From NCBI GenBank assembly GCA_964187785.1, contig OZ076409.1, forward strand, positions 9,982,001 through 10,046,000: a DNA stretch of 64,000 nt, written 5' to 3'. Numbering within the stretch: position 1 is the stretch's first letter; every line of letters begins with the position of its first letter. Shown here piece by piece: positions 12,730 to 24,100 of the stretch. The translations under genes and the position numbers were made by a program. The notes under the pieces were generated by a model. The model worked only from the letters and a program-made list of their open reading frames with translations, searched no databases and was not told the origin of the DNA. This DNA is from Amphiscolops sp. MND2022 (Eukaryota).

Positions 12730-13620
12730 TCAATCTTATATGATCAATTTTGTGTCTGAAATATGTAATTCTTAGATCTTAAATCCGTACCAATTGGATC
12801 TTGTTTTCAATCCTATTAGATCATAATTTTGCTTAACTCAGATCTGAAATTGCATATGTGAGCGCATAATTTATTGATTTTCCAATTTCAGTTGCGTTTT
12901 TCGATCTTTCATGATCAATTTTTTAAACCCATACCAATCGGATCAAGATTTCAGTCCTTTAAGATATTAATTTTGCTGAGTAGCGCGAATAACGTCTAAA
13001 TAAAAGTCTTTCGTGAATAACGTCCAATAGAATAACGTCTCAAATTCAGTGTTTTAATATAGTGATCGGCATTTAACTTGACTTGGCTTTAAACGTTATT
13101 TCCGTTTGGCAATTAGACTTCATTCTCGTTTTGGATTTAGACGTTTTTCCCGCTCTGATTATGATCTGATGGATTTTGCAATTGTGAGAGCAGAATTCAA
13201 CGAATTGACCATGTGTCTGATTCCTCCACTCAAGCGGCCGCTAACAATTATATTCCTGCGTTTTGTTTACATCTTCCGTCCCCAGATCGGTTCGTTTTTC
13301 TTGTGGTCGCCTGTGAAATTGTCTACAAATTTCAGGTCACTCATTTGTTATTCAAGCAGAATTCGATGATTTTTGAACTTCATCATGAATTTTTACGGTC
13401 TTTTCTTGATCAGTTTTGAGTCTGAAATTTGTAACTTTCAGATCGTTATTCCATAGAAATTGGATCTTATTTTCGATCTTTCCTTATTAATAGTTTTGCT
13501 CAATTTAGATCTGAATTTACAATTAATAGAGCAGATTTCGATGATCTTCCAACTTCATCTGCATTTTTTTGGATCTTTCATGATCAGTTTTGGGTCCGAA
13601 TATGTTAGATAGTAACTCCA
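12730..13620. repeat. Degenerate GATC-rich dispersed/tandem repeats
   Basis: Recurring TGATCARTTTT, TTGGATCTT and TTTTGCT...AGATCTGAA blocks near 12740, 12910, 13405 and 13575. GAATAACGTC occurs three times at 12988-13050. Confidence 0.5.
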
Positions 13621-13699
13621 CAATGCTGGATATTTTTGGATAATTTATCAGCTCATTTGCCGAAACTTCTGAAGGTTTTATGATTACTGAGGTTCTAAA

Positions 13700-13917
13700 T
13701 GGGAATCTCGAAGCCCCTTGCATTTTCTTGCTTTTTCTTGGTTTGTCTTGAGACTCTTGATAAGAATCTTGGGATTTCACGAACTTCTTGGCACGATTTT
13801 GCAAGATCTTGCAAACTCTTGGATTTCTTGGTAAGAGTCTTGGTAAGATTCTTACCAAGAAATCCAAGAATATCCAAAATTCTTATCAAGAGTTCCTCCA
13901 AGCGTTTTTACACTGGG
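13700..13917. repeat. TCTTG/CAAGA-rich element with a perfect 20-bp inverted repeat (MITE-like)
   Basis: TCTTGGATTTCTTGGTAAGA (13817-13836) and TCTTACCAAGAAATCCAAGA (13850-13869) with a 13-nt loop. Confidence 0.6.
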
Positions 13918-14065
13918 TACACTAACCCTAGTTGAACCAACCTTATAACCAACCTTTGGGGACCTTTCCTCGACGGTGGCCCACCGTAGCCCACCGATGG
14001 TCCAGAGGTGGCCCACAGATCCCCGGCCACCGGTGGCCACCGCTAAAACTGTTACGGCCACCGAA

Positions 14066-15776
14066 GTGGCCACCGATGGAACAGTGGTGGAAGATCGGTG
14101 GCCACCGATGGAACTGTGGTGGAAGATCGGTGGCCACCGATGGAACTGTGGTGGAAGATCGGTGGCCACCGATGGAACTGTGGTGGAAGATCGGTGGCCA
14201 CCGATGGAACTGTGGTGGAAGATCGGTGGCCACCGATGGAACTGTGGTGGAAGATCGGTGGCCACCGATGGAACAGTGGTGGAAGATCGGTGGCCACCGA
14301 TGGAACTGTGGTGGAAGATCGGTGGCCACCGATGGAACTGTGGTGGAAGATCGGTGGCCACCGATGGAACTGTGGTGGAAGATCGGTGGCCACCGATGGA
14401 ACAGTGGTGGAAGATCGGTGGCCACCGATGGAACTGTGGTGGAAGATCGGTGGCCACCGATGGAACTGTGGTGGAAGATCGGTGGCCACCGATGGAACTG
14501 TGGTGGAAGATCGGTGGCCACCGATGGAACAGTGGTGGAAGATCGGTGGCCACCGATGGAACTGTGGTGGAAGATCGGTGGCCACCGATGGAACTGTGGT
14601 GGAAGATCGGTGGCCACCGATGGAACTGTGGTGGAAGATCGGTGGCCACCGATGGAACAGTGGTGGAAGATCGGTGGCCACCGATGGAACTGTGGTGGAA
14701 GATCGGTGGCCACCGATGGAACTGTGGTGGAAGATCGGTGGCCACCGATGGAACTGTGGTGGAAGATCGGTGGCCACCGATGGAACTGTGGTGGAAGATC
14801 GGTGGCCACCGATGGAACTGTGGTGGAAGATCGGTGGCCACCGATGGAACTGTGGTGGAAGATCGGTGGCCACCGATGGAACTGTGGTGGAAGATCGGTG
14901 GCCACCGATGGAACTGTGGTGGAAGATCGGTGGCCACCGATGGAACTGTGGTGGAAGATCGGTGGCCACCGATGGAACTGTGGTGGAAGATCGGTGGCCA
15001 CCGATGGAACTGTGGTGGAAGATCGGTGGCCACCGATGGAACTGTGGTGGAAGATCGGTGGCCACCGATGGAACTGTGGTGGAAGATCGGTGGCCACCGA
15101 TGGAACTGTGGTGGAAGATCGGTGGCCACCGATGGAACTGTGGTGGAAGATCGGTGGCCACCGATGGAACTGTGGTGGAAGATCGGTGGCCACCGATGGA
15201 ACTGTGGTGGAAGATCGGTGGCCACCGATGGAACTGTGGTGGAAGATCGGTGGCCACCGATGGAACTGTGGTGGAAGATCGGTGGCCACCGATGGAACTG
15301 TGGTGGAAGATCGGTGGCCACCGATGGAACTGTGGTGGAAGATCGGTGGCCACCGATGGAACTGTGGTGGAAGATCGGTGGCCACCGATGGAACTGTGGT
15401 GGAAGATCGGTGGCCACCGATGGAACTGTGGTGGAAGATCGGTGGCCACCGATGGAACTGTGGTGGAAGATCGGTGGCCACCGATGGAACTGTGGTGGAA
15501 GATCGGTGGCCACCGATGGAACTGTGGTGGAAGATCGGTGGCCACCGATGGAACTGTGGTGGAAGATCGGTGGCCACCGATGGAACTGTGGTGGAAGATC
15601 GGTGGCCACCGATGGAACTGTGGTGGAAGATCGGTGGCCACCGATGGAACTGTGGTGGAAGATCGGTGGCCACCGATGGAACTGTGGTGGAAGATCGGTG
15701 GCCACCGATGGAACTGTGGTGGAAGATCGGTGGCCACCGATGGAACTGTGGTGGAAGATCGGTGGCCACCGATGGA
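14066..15776. repeat. Tandem minisatellite: 53 full copies plus a partial copy of a 32-bp unit GTGGCCACCGATGGAACTGTGGTGGAAGATCG
   Basis: Exact 32-bp period read directly. The only variant is T>A at unit position 18, in units 1, 7, 11, 15 and 19. Perfect palindrome ATCGGTGGCCACCGAT spans each unit junction. Confidence 0.98.
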
Positions 15777-16526
15777 TTTCCCTGGGTTATTAACTCGGGT
15801 AACCATCAACGTTTTTCAAAATTACATTCTTTGTATTTGAATACTTTAACATACCATAGAATCTAATTTTAGCGTTGTAGGGAACTGTGGCTAAAGCAGA
15901 ACAGCCAAGTTAATTGCTTTTCTCATGATTTATTTATGAAATGTTTTGAAGTCCTGCTTTTACATAAACTTCGAAAGACAGGTTTCGAATTATGATTCAG
16001 ACAAAAAAGCAACATCATGCATTGGTGGAAATAAACATGAAACCGTGGAGCAAAACCAATGGAGTCTTCCGTAAATAATTGATTATTCAATCATATTGAC
16101 GTCAAAGTTTTTGAACTTTGCTGAGTATTTAAAGAAAGTGTTTTCGTTCCATCATTTTATTGTGTTTTGACGTATTTTCCTTGATTCCACAAGTTTGTAT
16201 TATTGGAAATTTGAATTTTTCAGGTTATAGCAACCACTAGAAGCTTCTTGTGGTACACCTGGTCGATTGTCATTGTGTACCAAACGGATCAATTGAATTC
16301 CGCAAACGGAATTTCATGTATAAGAACGGCTTCTGCAGTTGACGACAGTTTGTTCATTGTTTTATACAGACAAAAGGCTTTTGTTTCTGTAACTGTCCAA
16401 GCCTCTTCGCTCGTTCGAGTACAATAATTATCAGCAAAAACGAACTTCACAATCAGTTAAATTGAATATTATACTAACTTCTTTTGTTACAATCAGAAGA
16501 ATATTAGGAAATTTCGGGCCGCTTCT

Positions 16527-17462
16527 ATGAACACAGGAGTTATGATTGGGATTATCAGCGTTTATGTTACATTTACTCTTGTTGCAAAAACGGCAAATGG
16601 CAATTCCAATACATTTCGTTCCACGGCATTCGAAGACCCAATAAATGAGAAACGTTTGGACGTAGGAAAAGCTATTGGAACACGACAAGAATCATCGCGT
16701 ACAAAATGCGCTCTTGCTTGTTCTAAAAATGATGACTGCCTTTCTTTCGGTTTCTGCGGGGAGAACTCCTGCGAATTGTACAACGAAGACATTTTTTCAA
16801 CGGAGTATGGAGAGAATATTCTAGAAGAAGATTTAAGCTGCAAATATTTTGGGATGAAGACGGAATCTAAGCCAATATGCCAGCAAGATGGTGTGTTTGC
16901 AGACATACAGAGTGACGATGGAAACAGTGAGTTTTGTCCAATAAGTGGGAAGCGAGTTGATACAGTGTGGGGCCAATGGGGAGGGGAAGAAACAGTATAC
17001 CACCCTCCTGATTGGAAGATATTAAACAGGAGAGAGTCCGTTATTGAAGCAGCCCATGGGGGGCTTCTTGACTTGGGAGATTCTGAGCGAGCTTTAGAAT
17101 GGATCAAGTTTGTAGATCAAGAGATGACATGGGAGGATGCCAAAGCGAATTGCGAAAAAGTCAATGGAACTTTGTTCTCCAGAGTAGATGGAACTGAGGA
17201 ACAGTTAGATTTTTTGCTACAGGGAATGAATGGAAACTCACACTGGTTAGGGATCTGCACTGAGGATCACGAAGTCTGGAAATCAGTGACGGGTAATATC
17301 GTTAGCTCAACGTTATTGCATTGGAAACCTGGACAGCCAAATAATGTAGGAAATCAACAAAGATACGTCGCTAACCACCCTGCGTGGGAAAGAGTTCCTT
17401 TCATTGGTTTGGCTGATGACGAAAACTCAAATGTCAAGAGGTCAGTTTGCGACATGTTGTGA
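16527..17462 (+). CDS. Secreted PAN/apple plus C-type lectin domain protein, 311 aa, single exon
   Basis: Hydrophobic N-terminus (VMIGIISVYVTFTLVA). PAN-like cysteine pattern SRTKCALACSKNDDCLSFGF...CELY. CTLD motifs MTWEDAKANC...GTL, HWLG, WKPGQPNN and terminal SVCD. ORF is intact. Confidence 0.8.
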   Translation: MNTGVMIGIISVYVTFTLVAKTANGNSNTFRSTAFEDPINEKRLDVGKAIGTRQESSRTKCALACSKNDDCLSFGFCGENSCELYNEDIFSTEYGENILEEDLSCKYFGMKTESKPICQQDGVFADIQSDDGNSEFCPISGKRVDTVWGQWGGEETVYHPPDWKILNRRESVIEAAHGGLLDLGDSERALEWIKFVDQEMTWEDAKANCEKVNGTLFSRVDGTEEQLDFLLQGMNGNSHWLGICTEDHEVWKSVTGNIVSSTLLHWKPGQPNNVGNQQRYVANHPAWERVPFIGLADDENSNVKRSVCDML

Positions 17463-19489
17463 TGTCTGCAGGAACTGGCCGAGGTGTGACAGTTGTAAGA
17501 TATAGAAAAAAAACTGATCAAAATGTTGATTTCATTCCCAATTTTCCTATTTATAGCCGGTACTACTGATTTCTACTAATGATTTGATGGAACTTAGAAA
17601 ACTGGAAATACCTTCATTTAAAATGTTTGTCCCTTATACTGTTTAAGTCATGAACGACAAAAAGCGGCGGCCCGCTTAAGGGTTAAAAAAACAGTATCGG
17701 CAGGTGCTATGGTCTAAACCCCAATATCTGCTTGGCATGATAAAGCTCAAAATCTGAAATCTTCAACGTTATATCCGCCTATTGTAAATATACACTCTAC
17801 ATATCGGAGAAGAGTAAGAGCAACTGAGATGAATGAACATCTTGGTATTAGCTAGGTTCTAAACCCAATCTCTGCTTAGCAGCAAGAGACAAAACTAACC
17901 TGAAAAAGCACAAAATTCGAACATTTTTAGCTCCGTTTTGCATTCACCCCTTTAAAATCTTTCAGCGAACTATTTTTTAGCGAAAACCAAACACTCGATT
18001 GCTTTCACTCAATTTAGTTCCTAGGGAGTTAGAGAAATAACATCCGGCGCTGTTAGGTGAGATTTATAAATTTTATAGAAGTGGACATTTCAGGGCGACT
18101 GATCAAAAAATTTATCATTTTAAGAGTCATTATCATTTTTGCTAAAAAGCGCCGACGACAAACACTTAAAATGGAAAGACTTCTTGATCGTACTCCGGAA
18201 GTACTTGAAACAAAATTTTCCAAGAGTACAGGAAAAACATCACAGAGTTAGAAGAGATGTACATGAACTTCTAGTTTGAGTTTACGTAAAGGTACCAGTT
18301 AGATTTCATGATGCCTCATGTAAACAGCTTACATCCACTTCTCAATGTTTTTTGTCTCATTTTTCGAAATATTATAATGAAAGACTGATTCAAAATGCTT
18401 CTAACAGTTGTTTGATTCGTATTGTATTTATTTCGAAATCGAATGCTGCAGATGAAATTTTAACCTTCATGTGATACTGGATCTCTATAACTTGTGAACT
18501 GTCTGAAGACAAAACATTAAACTGGCATTTCTTCAAAAATTAGTCATCGTAAAAAATGATCATAAGTTCTCAGGCTGTCATTCAGGAATTGCTTGAAATT
18601 AATATTTGATATCGGGTACCAGTTTCAAATTTCTGTCAACTCATCAGCGTCCAGTTTCACAAATATTACTTTCATCTGAGAGCATAGGTTATCTCGAAAT
18701 GTTGCTGGATGATAGGTGGTTCAGGAGCGTGTTCAAGATGTGCCAAATGCTAAAATTTTGCATTCAAGGTTAACCAAAGGAATGTGAATCACCAATTTTG
18801 AAGCTGGGACCCAGACAGTTTATGGTCTGGTTTGAGTTGATCATGATCACATTCGAAATGGCATTTAAAAAGCGAGAACAATTCTGCCGAAACTACTTCA
18901 ACCACGACATACTTTTAGTGCCCGAGCGAAAGCTGTGAAAATCTTCGAAATTTTTTTTTTCGACCAATGACGTAAGTTTCTTTCGCATTCAATCCTTTTA
19001 TTTCCAACATTTCTGTACCAATTTAAAATACTATACACTTACTTCAAAAAACCCTGAGCTGTTAAAGACTGTTTTATGTTTAGATTTAGTTCTTTTAGAG
19101 AGCACATAAGAAGTGTAGAAGTCTGAACAGGATATCGTCTGTTTAGCTAGCTATTTCTAGAATCACAGTTCTCTGAGATCTCAGTTAGGTCTTTCTCTTC
19201 GAAGAAAACTATTCAACAGATCAGAATCCGACTTCTCTTTCTTCTGAATATATATCATCAGCAATTTTATCAATGATTTCAGGGATTAATTATAATTCTG
19301 AATATTCTAAAGTGACAGTAATAAGATTCTCAAGTGACACCAATAACAATAAATACTAATGATGTTATCACTAAATGTCAGCAAATTCGTTTAGCTTTTG
19401 GCTCTAACATAGACTCGGGCTTTAAAATTGTTGTATGTTAGACGCAGCTTCTGTGCATTGCTTTATACAGTATTGTTAATAAAGCATTG

Positions 19490-19661
19490 TTAATAAAGTA
19501 AATTGTCTAAGATTATGTTGTTTTTCCAAATCATAGTAAGAAACCATAAGATTTGAAACAATCGGGTCGTCTGATGGAAGGTAATTTTTTGTTTTAGTTG
19601 GTGTTATAGGTATTGTGGATGTGAAAGTGAATATCAATGAATGTAGTATAAAATTTGTCAT
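19490..19661 (-). pseudogene. Truncated env N-terminus of copy B
   Basis: MTNFILHSLIFTFTSTIP...DDPIVSNLMVSYYDLEKQHNLRQF matches DPHISDLLVSHYDCPKQHNLRQF of the copy D env. A short tandem duplication (ATTGTTAATAAAG) marks the breakpoint. Confidence 0.75.
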
Positions 19662-20413
19662 TCAAAGGAAAGTATGTTCTTTAAAAGGAAGTTGTATATT
19701 TAGGACCTGAGTATGGATTGAAAAATACGATTTTGTCATATGCTAAAGTTGGAAAGTTGGGATCTTTTTTCAAATTCTATATCAGTGACTTCAAATGGAG
19801 CAGGAGTGGTTGTATGTTCTCTTTTTGAGACTTTGAAAACTGGATAAGGGTTTAAGCCTTGAAACTTGACTTTTACTTCAAATTCTACTTCTAGGTTAGA
19901 AGTTTGAAGTCGTGTAAGTTCTGTTTCTTTTTGTTTATTCGAAATGAATCGTTAGTTGTGATAAAACGTTCTGTAAGAATGGGAAAGCGTGGTTCGTGTT
20001 TTGGATCATATGTAGTACAACCATCAACTCGTATTGGATAACCGGCTAAGTTAGGAGTTGGATGTCGAGAATGTTCTGCAGTTATTTTTTATCAATGATT
20101 ACCAATTATCAAGGGTAAAATATGATTGTGGAACCAAATCTGAAGATTGAGTATCAGAAGATAGAGGATGTGCGTGTAGTCTTGCAAGTCGTAATACAAT
20201 ATTGCTTAAAAGCGCAGAAAAAATGATTGTTGAAGTGTCTGTACATAACCTTCGTGAAGGAAGGTTTCGAAGGATATATCTATGATGAGGAATAAAAAGT
20301 GCGCTTGTAGATTCCTGTGATGGTGTAAGTTCAGAAGAATCGTCCTAAAGATTTGATAGTAGTGTAGATGATTTTCTAAGAGGTTTTAGTGGAGTATATA
20401 TTTTTGAAGTTGT

Positions 20414-20860
20414 TCAGTTTGATTCCGATGGGAGTTGTAATAAAGGTATTAGTGAATAATCAGTATCAGGAATGTGTACACGATTTAGTTGTGGTTGAAG
20501 TCTAACAGTTTTGATAACTGAGGGCTGTTTATAGATTACATACCGTTCAACAGATTCTGGGTTTGGTAAATGTATTAAAGGAGTGTGAGTTGATGATGGT
20601 TGAGATTGAGAACGTGTAGTGCTAGCAATTTCTGATATGGGTGGTCTACTTGTATGAGAAATAGACGTAGATGATACAGAAGAGGTGTCAATAATTTGTG
20701 ATCGTGGCCTTTTAGAAGGCCTTACAGGAGTTACTTTATGAGTGTGTGTTGTAGTAGTAGTGGTTTGAAATTCAGAATTACAGTATAGACTTGGAGCAGA
20801 AGAAGATGTACCAGAAGAAGAATCCAGGATTATACTTTTGTGGAATAGAATTGAGTTCAT
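20414..20860 (-). CDS. Ser/Thr/Pro-rich extra ORF (ORF-X) between pol and env, copy B
   Basis: ATG-initiated 148-aa ORF with protein-level similarity to the copy A segment at 1-400. Probably part of a longer decayed ORF. Confidence 0.55.
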   Translation of the reverse strand: MNSILFHKSIILDSSSGTSSSAPSLYCNSEFQTTTTTTHTHKVTPVRPSKRPRSQIIDTSSVSSTSISHTSRPPISEIASTTRSQSQPSSTHTPLIHLPNPESVERYVIYKQPSVIKTVRLQPQLNRVHIPDTDYSLIPLLQLPSESN

Positions 20861-21195
20861 ATATGGCTATGTTTCAGTGTGACCAACTTTCATTTATCTC
20901 CTCTTCAGTGTGACCAACTTTCATTGAGCTTCTCAAGGTAGTGAATGATTATTTCAAATCTTTGAAGATGATATGAAGAGACGATAATGCTTTTTTGGTT
21001 GGTGTCTGAGGTTACAATGAGTTTTAATGTTTCTGTCAGCTGACGTATTAGGTAACATAGATTGGTTTTGAGATGGATGGCGTGAATGTGGATGGCGCGA
21101 GGAGGTAATTCGTTTTGATGAGTTTTACTTAGTTGTTTGAGAGACGAAATTTCATTTGTCATGTTAGAGGAATTATCCTTTGAGAAGAGATTTGT

Positions 21196-24100
21196 GGAAG
21201 ATGTAAGAAGTGGTAATAAAAGGTTACGAAAAATGAGGGGAAGTAGGATCATTTTGGGATGAGTTTTCGTCGGATAGGAAGTCATCAGAATTAAACGGGG
21301 AAGAGTCACTATTTGCATACTTGATAGGTTTTGGAATGTCATGATGGGTTGAGTCTGAAAAACGCATGAAATTGAGAATATGAGGGTACAAAAGTGGTTC
21401 CTTTGGATAACAAGGGATTAAGTGGTTTCTTTGAACGTGAAGTATGGAACCATCTTGTGAAAGGAGTTCATATGTAACATCGGACAATCTGTCGAGTGTT
21501 TTGTATAGGACAATCCGAAGGGGTTTAATTTGTCAGAAAAACGAAAGTGAGAAAAATTACGTTTGAGTACAAAGGTGCCAAGAGGAAGTGGTTCACCTTC
21601 ATGTTAGGTTTTTGTGATATATGCGTGAGAATTTAGATTCCAAGTGTATTTTCGTGTACTGTAGAGTAAATTTGTAACAATGCAGTTTCCACTGCAAGGA
21701 ACCATTGGATAATAGGTTTTGAAAGAGTTTTGTAAAAGAAGGGATTTAAGTCCATTTTATCATAATGTGAGTTTTCAGGCAGTTGGTAGCGATAATGTGA
21801 AATTATTGTTTTGGATGTGTTTTGATTGAGGTTTAAAGCAAAGGTTCGGGGAATTCGTGGTCGTGTGTGGAAAACAATTTTATGAGAGGAAACAGTGAGT
21901 TCTGAAAGAGGTTGTGAATTGTGTGTGTCTTTATGAGAAATGCCCAGTCTTTAGAAGTAACGTGGAGGAACATACAGAGATGAGTGCCATGATTTCTGTT
22001 TTGTACTTCGACAAGACCATTTGTCCAAGGAGAATAAGCTGTTTGAGATATTTTCTGATTCCCATGAGTGTACAAAGTTGTGTCATATCGGTATTTATTT
22101 ATTCTGATCCGGGATCAGTAACAAGGTAATTTGGTTGACCAGTATTTGTATAACAAAGATGTGAAAATGTTTTTACATCGGTTTAAGCATTATTTGATTT
22201 GATGGGGACTGTTACAACAAAATGAGTGAAAGCGTCTATTTTTACGTGAATATAAAGTTTGTGTCGTGAAGGAGGATTAATAGGTTCTTTTGTATCCATA
22301 GAGATTCTATAATTAAAGGAAGGAGCATGTTCAGAAAAAGATTGTGTAGGAGCAGTCCGTATTTCCATATTGAAATGTTTATTGCGTTGATATTCAGAAC
22401 AATCGTGTACAAAAATTGATAATCATTTTTCAAGATAAGGTATAAAATTCCATTGAAAGAAAGTATCATGGGTGATTTTAATACCAGCGTGGCGTGGGAG
22501 TGTTCACGTAATTTGTTAAAGACAGTTTTGAATAGTCTAATAGGGAGGCAGATTCTAATAGTACTTTGCATTGTATTTGGAAGTGGATTGGGATGTATTG
22601 CAGAAGACCAGGTAAATTTTTGTGCATAAACTAATGAGGATTGTGGTATCATCAATAAAAAGTTGTGAGAATCGTTTAAAATAGGCTTGGAGAAAAAGAG
22701 TGCCAATTATCAAGGGTTTAAAAATTTCAGGCTTGTCCTTATGAGGTAACTAAGAGTAGACTGATCTGAGATCAGGATCTTGAGATTGTTGTTGTTGAAG
22801 GGTTTAACGTCCAAGGAACAGTCATCAGGAAGAAAGAACCTTGAAAATATATTAATTTTTTTTAAAAAAGGATGTAACATAAAAGGGTATGATTTGTGAA
22901 CAGTGTGTAGAAGGTTGAGAGTGTGTTTTTACATCCATTGCAGAATTAGATTCTGGTTTTGTAATGGGTTTTTGTTTGGTTATGGTGGAGAAGTTTTCTT
23001 CATGTAGAGTTTTGGCATTTAAAAAAGTTGAATCGGGTTTGGGAAATCTAGAATATATATGTTCTTCATCATCGCTTGTAATATCAGTATCATTGAGTGA
23101 AAGAGATTGTTGATGAAGAGTTTTGTTGTGTTTTTTTTTGGGTGTTTTGAAATTGGATTGGAAAGGAGTAACAGATTTAAAAGTAAAAGGAGGTTGGAGG
23201 TTTAACAACAAAATATTCGCCTTTGTCAATTATGCGTATCAAAAATTGGGCTAAATACCAAAATCGGCAAGAACTGGATGGGAATCATGTTTTTGATGTG
23301 GTATTATTTTTTCATGTTTAATCAAGTAATGTACGGGTTTCATTGTGTTGTTTTGTAGTATTGCAAAGTCAATTTGAGGTGGAAGTTAATTGTGTTTCAA
23401 TTGGTTTAGTTGTAATTCGTCTCTTGTGTAGGAAGAACGACTTAACATATCGGCAACAGAATGATTTTTGCCAGGCGTGTGAAATATTTTAAATTTAGAG
23501 AATTTTATTATTTGATTTGAGCTCGATAAAATCGTGGACTGAGATTTCCTTTTTTGTAAAACAATGTAAAAGAGGTTTTTGATCAGTGATGATATGAATC
23601 GGTTGTGGAGATCCAATAATGATAAATTCAATAATTTAAAGGGCATGTACTTCACCAAGAAGTTCACAGTCCAGTGTGGAAATGTGTGTTGTTGTGGATT
23701 CGATATGCGAGAATTGTGACTTTCATTTTGTTTTCTTCGTTGAGTTGGAAGGTAACAGCGCCTAATTCATTAAGCGAAGCGTCTACTGTAATAAACATGG
23801 ATGTTTTGTATTAGGAATGGTGAGTTCTGTGTTCGAAGTAAGAGAGGATTTCATGTATTCAAGAAGGATTTCATGTTTTTCATTTCAAGAAATAAAAAGA
23901 CGTTCATGTTCTTCGGTCCAATTCCTTGGAAGGTTTTCATGTAAAAGATCACAGAATGGCTTGAGATTTATGTGAAGTTTTTCTATAATTTTGGTGTAGA
24001 AACTGAGTGCGCCAATGAAATATATTAAACTGACTCTTACAGTGGGGGCAGGAACTTTGTGAACAGCTGCAACTTTGGAATGTTTGGGTTTAATTGTATT

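Noticed and set aside
14066-15776. CRISPR array
   Set aside because: The palindromic repeat is separated by identical, not unique, spacers. There are no cas genes and the context is eukaryotic.
13925-15790. TIR pair (TAACCC...GGGTTA) enclosing the satellite as a MITE
   Set aside because: Only 6 bp match, which is not enough to call an element.
13852-15866. Six overlapping 580-644 aa ORFs
   Set aside because: They exist only because the 32-bp unit has no stop codon in any frame. All frames give the same two 32-aa periodic peptides, so there is no evidence of coding function.
16562-17107. 181-aa minus-strand ORF
   Set aside because: It is the antisense shadow of the lectin gene and has no domain features.
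17660-17686. piggyBac-like right end (AAGGG followed by TTAA)
   Set aside because: No matching TTAACCCTT left end or transposase was found nearby, and the match is too short.
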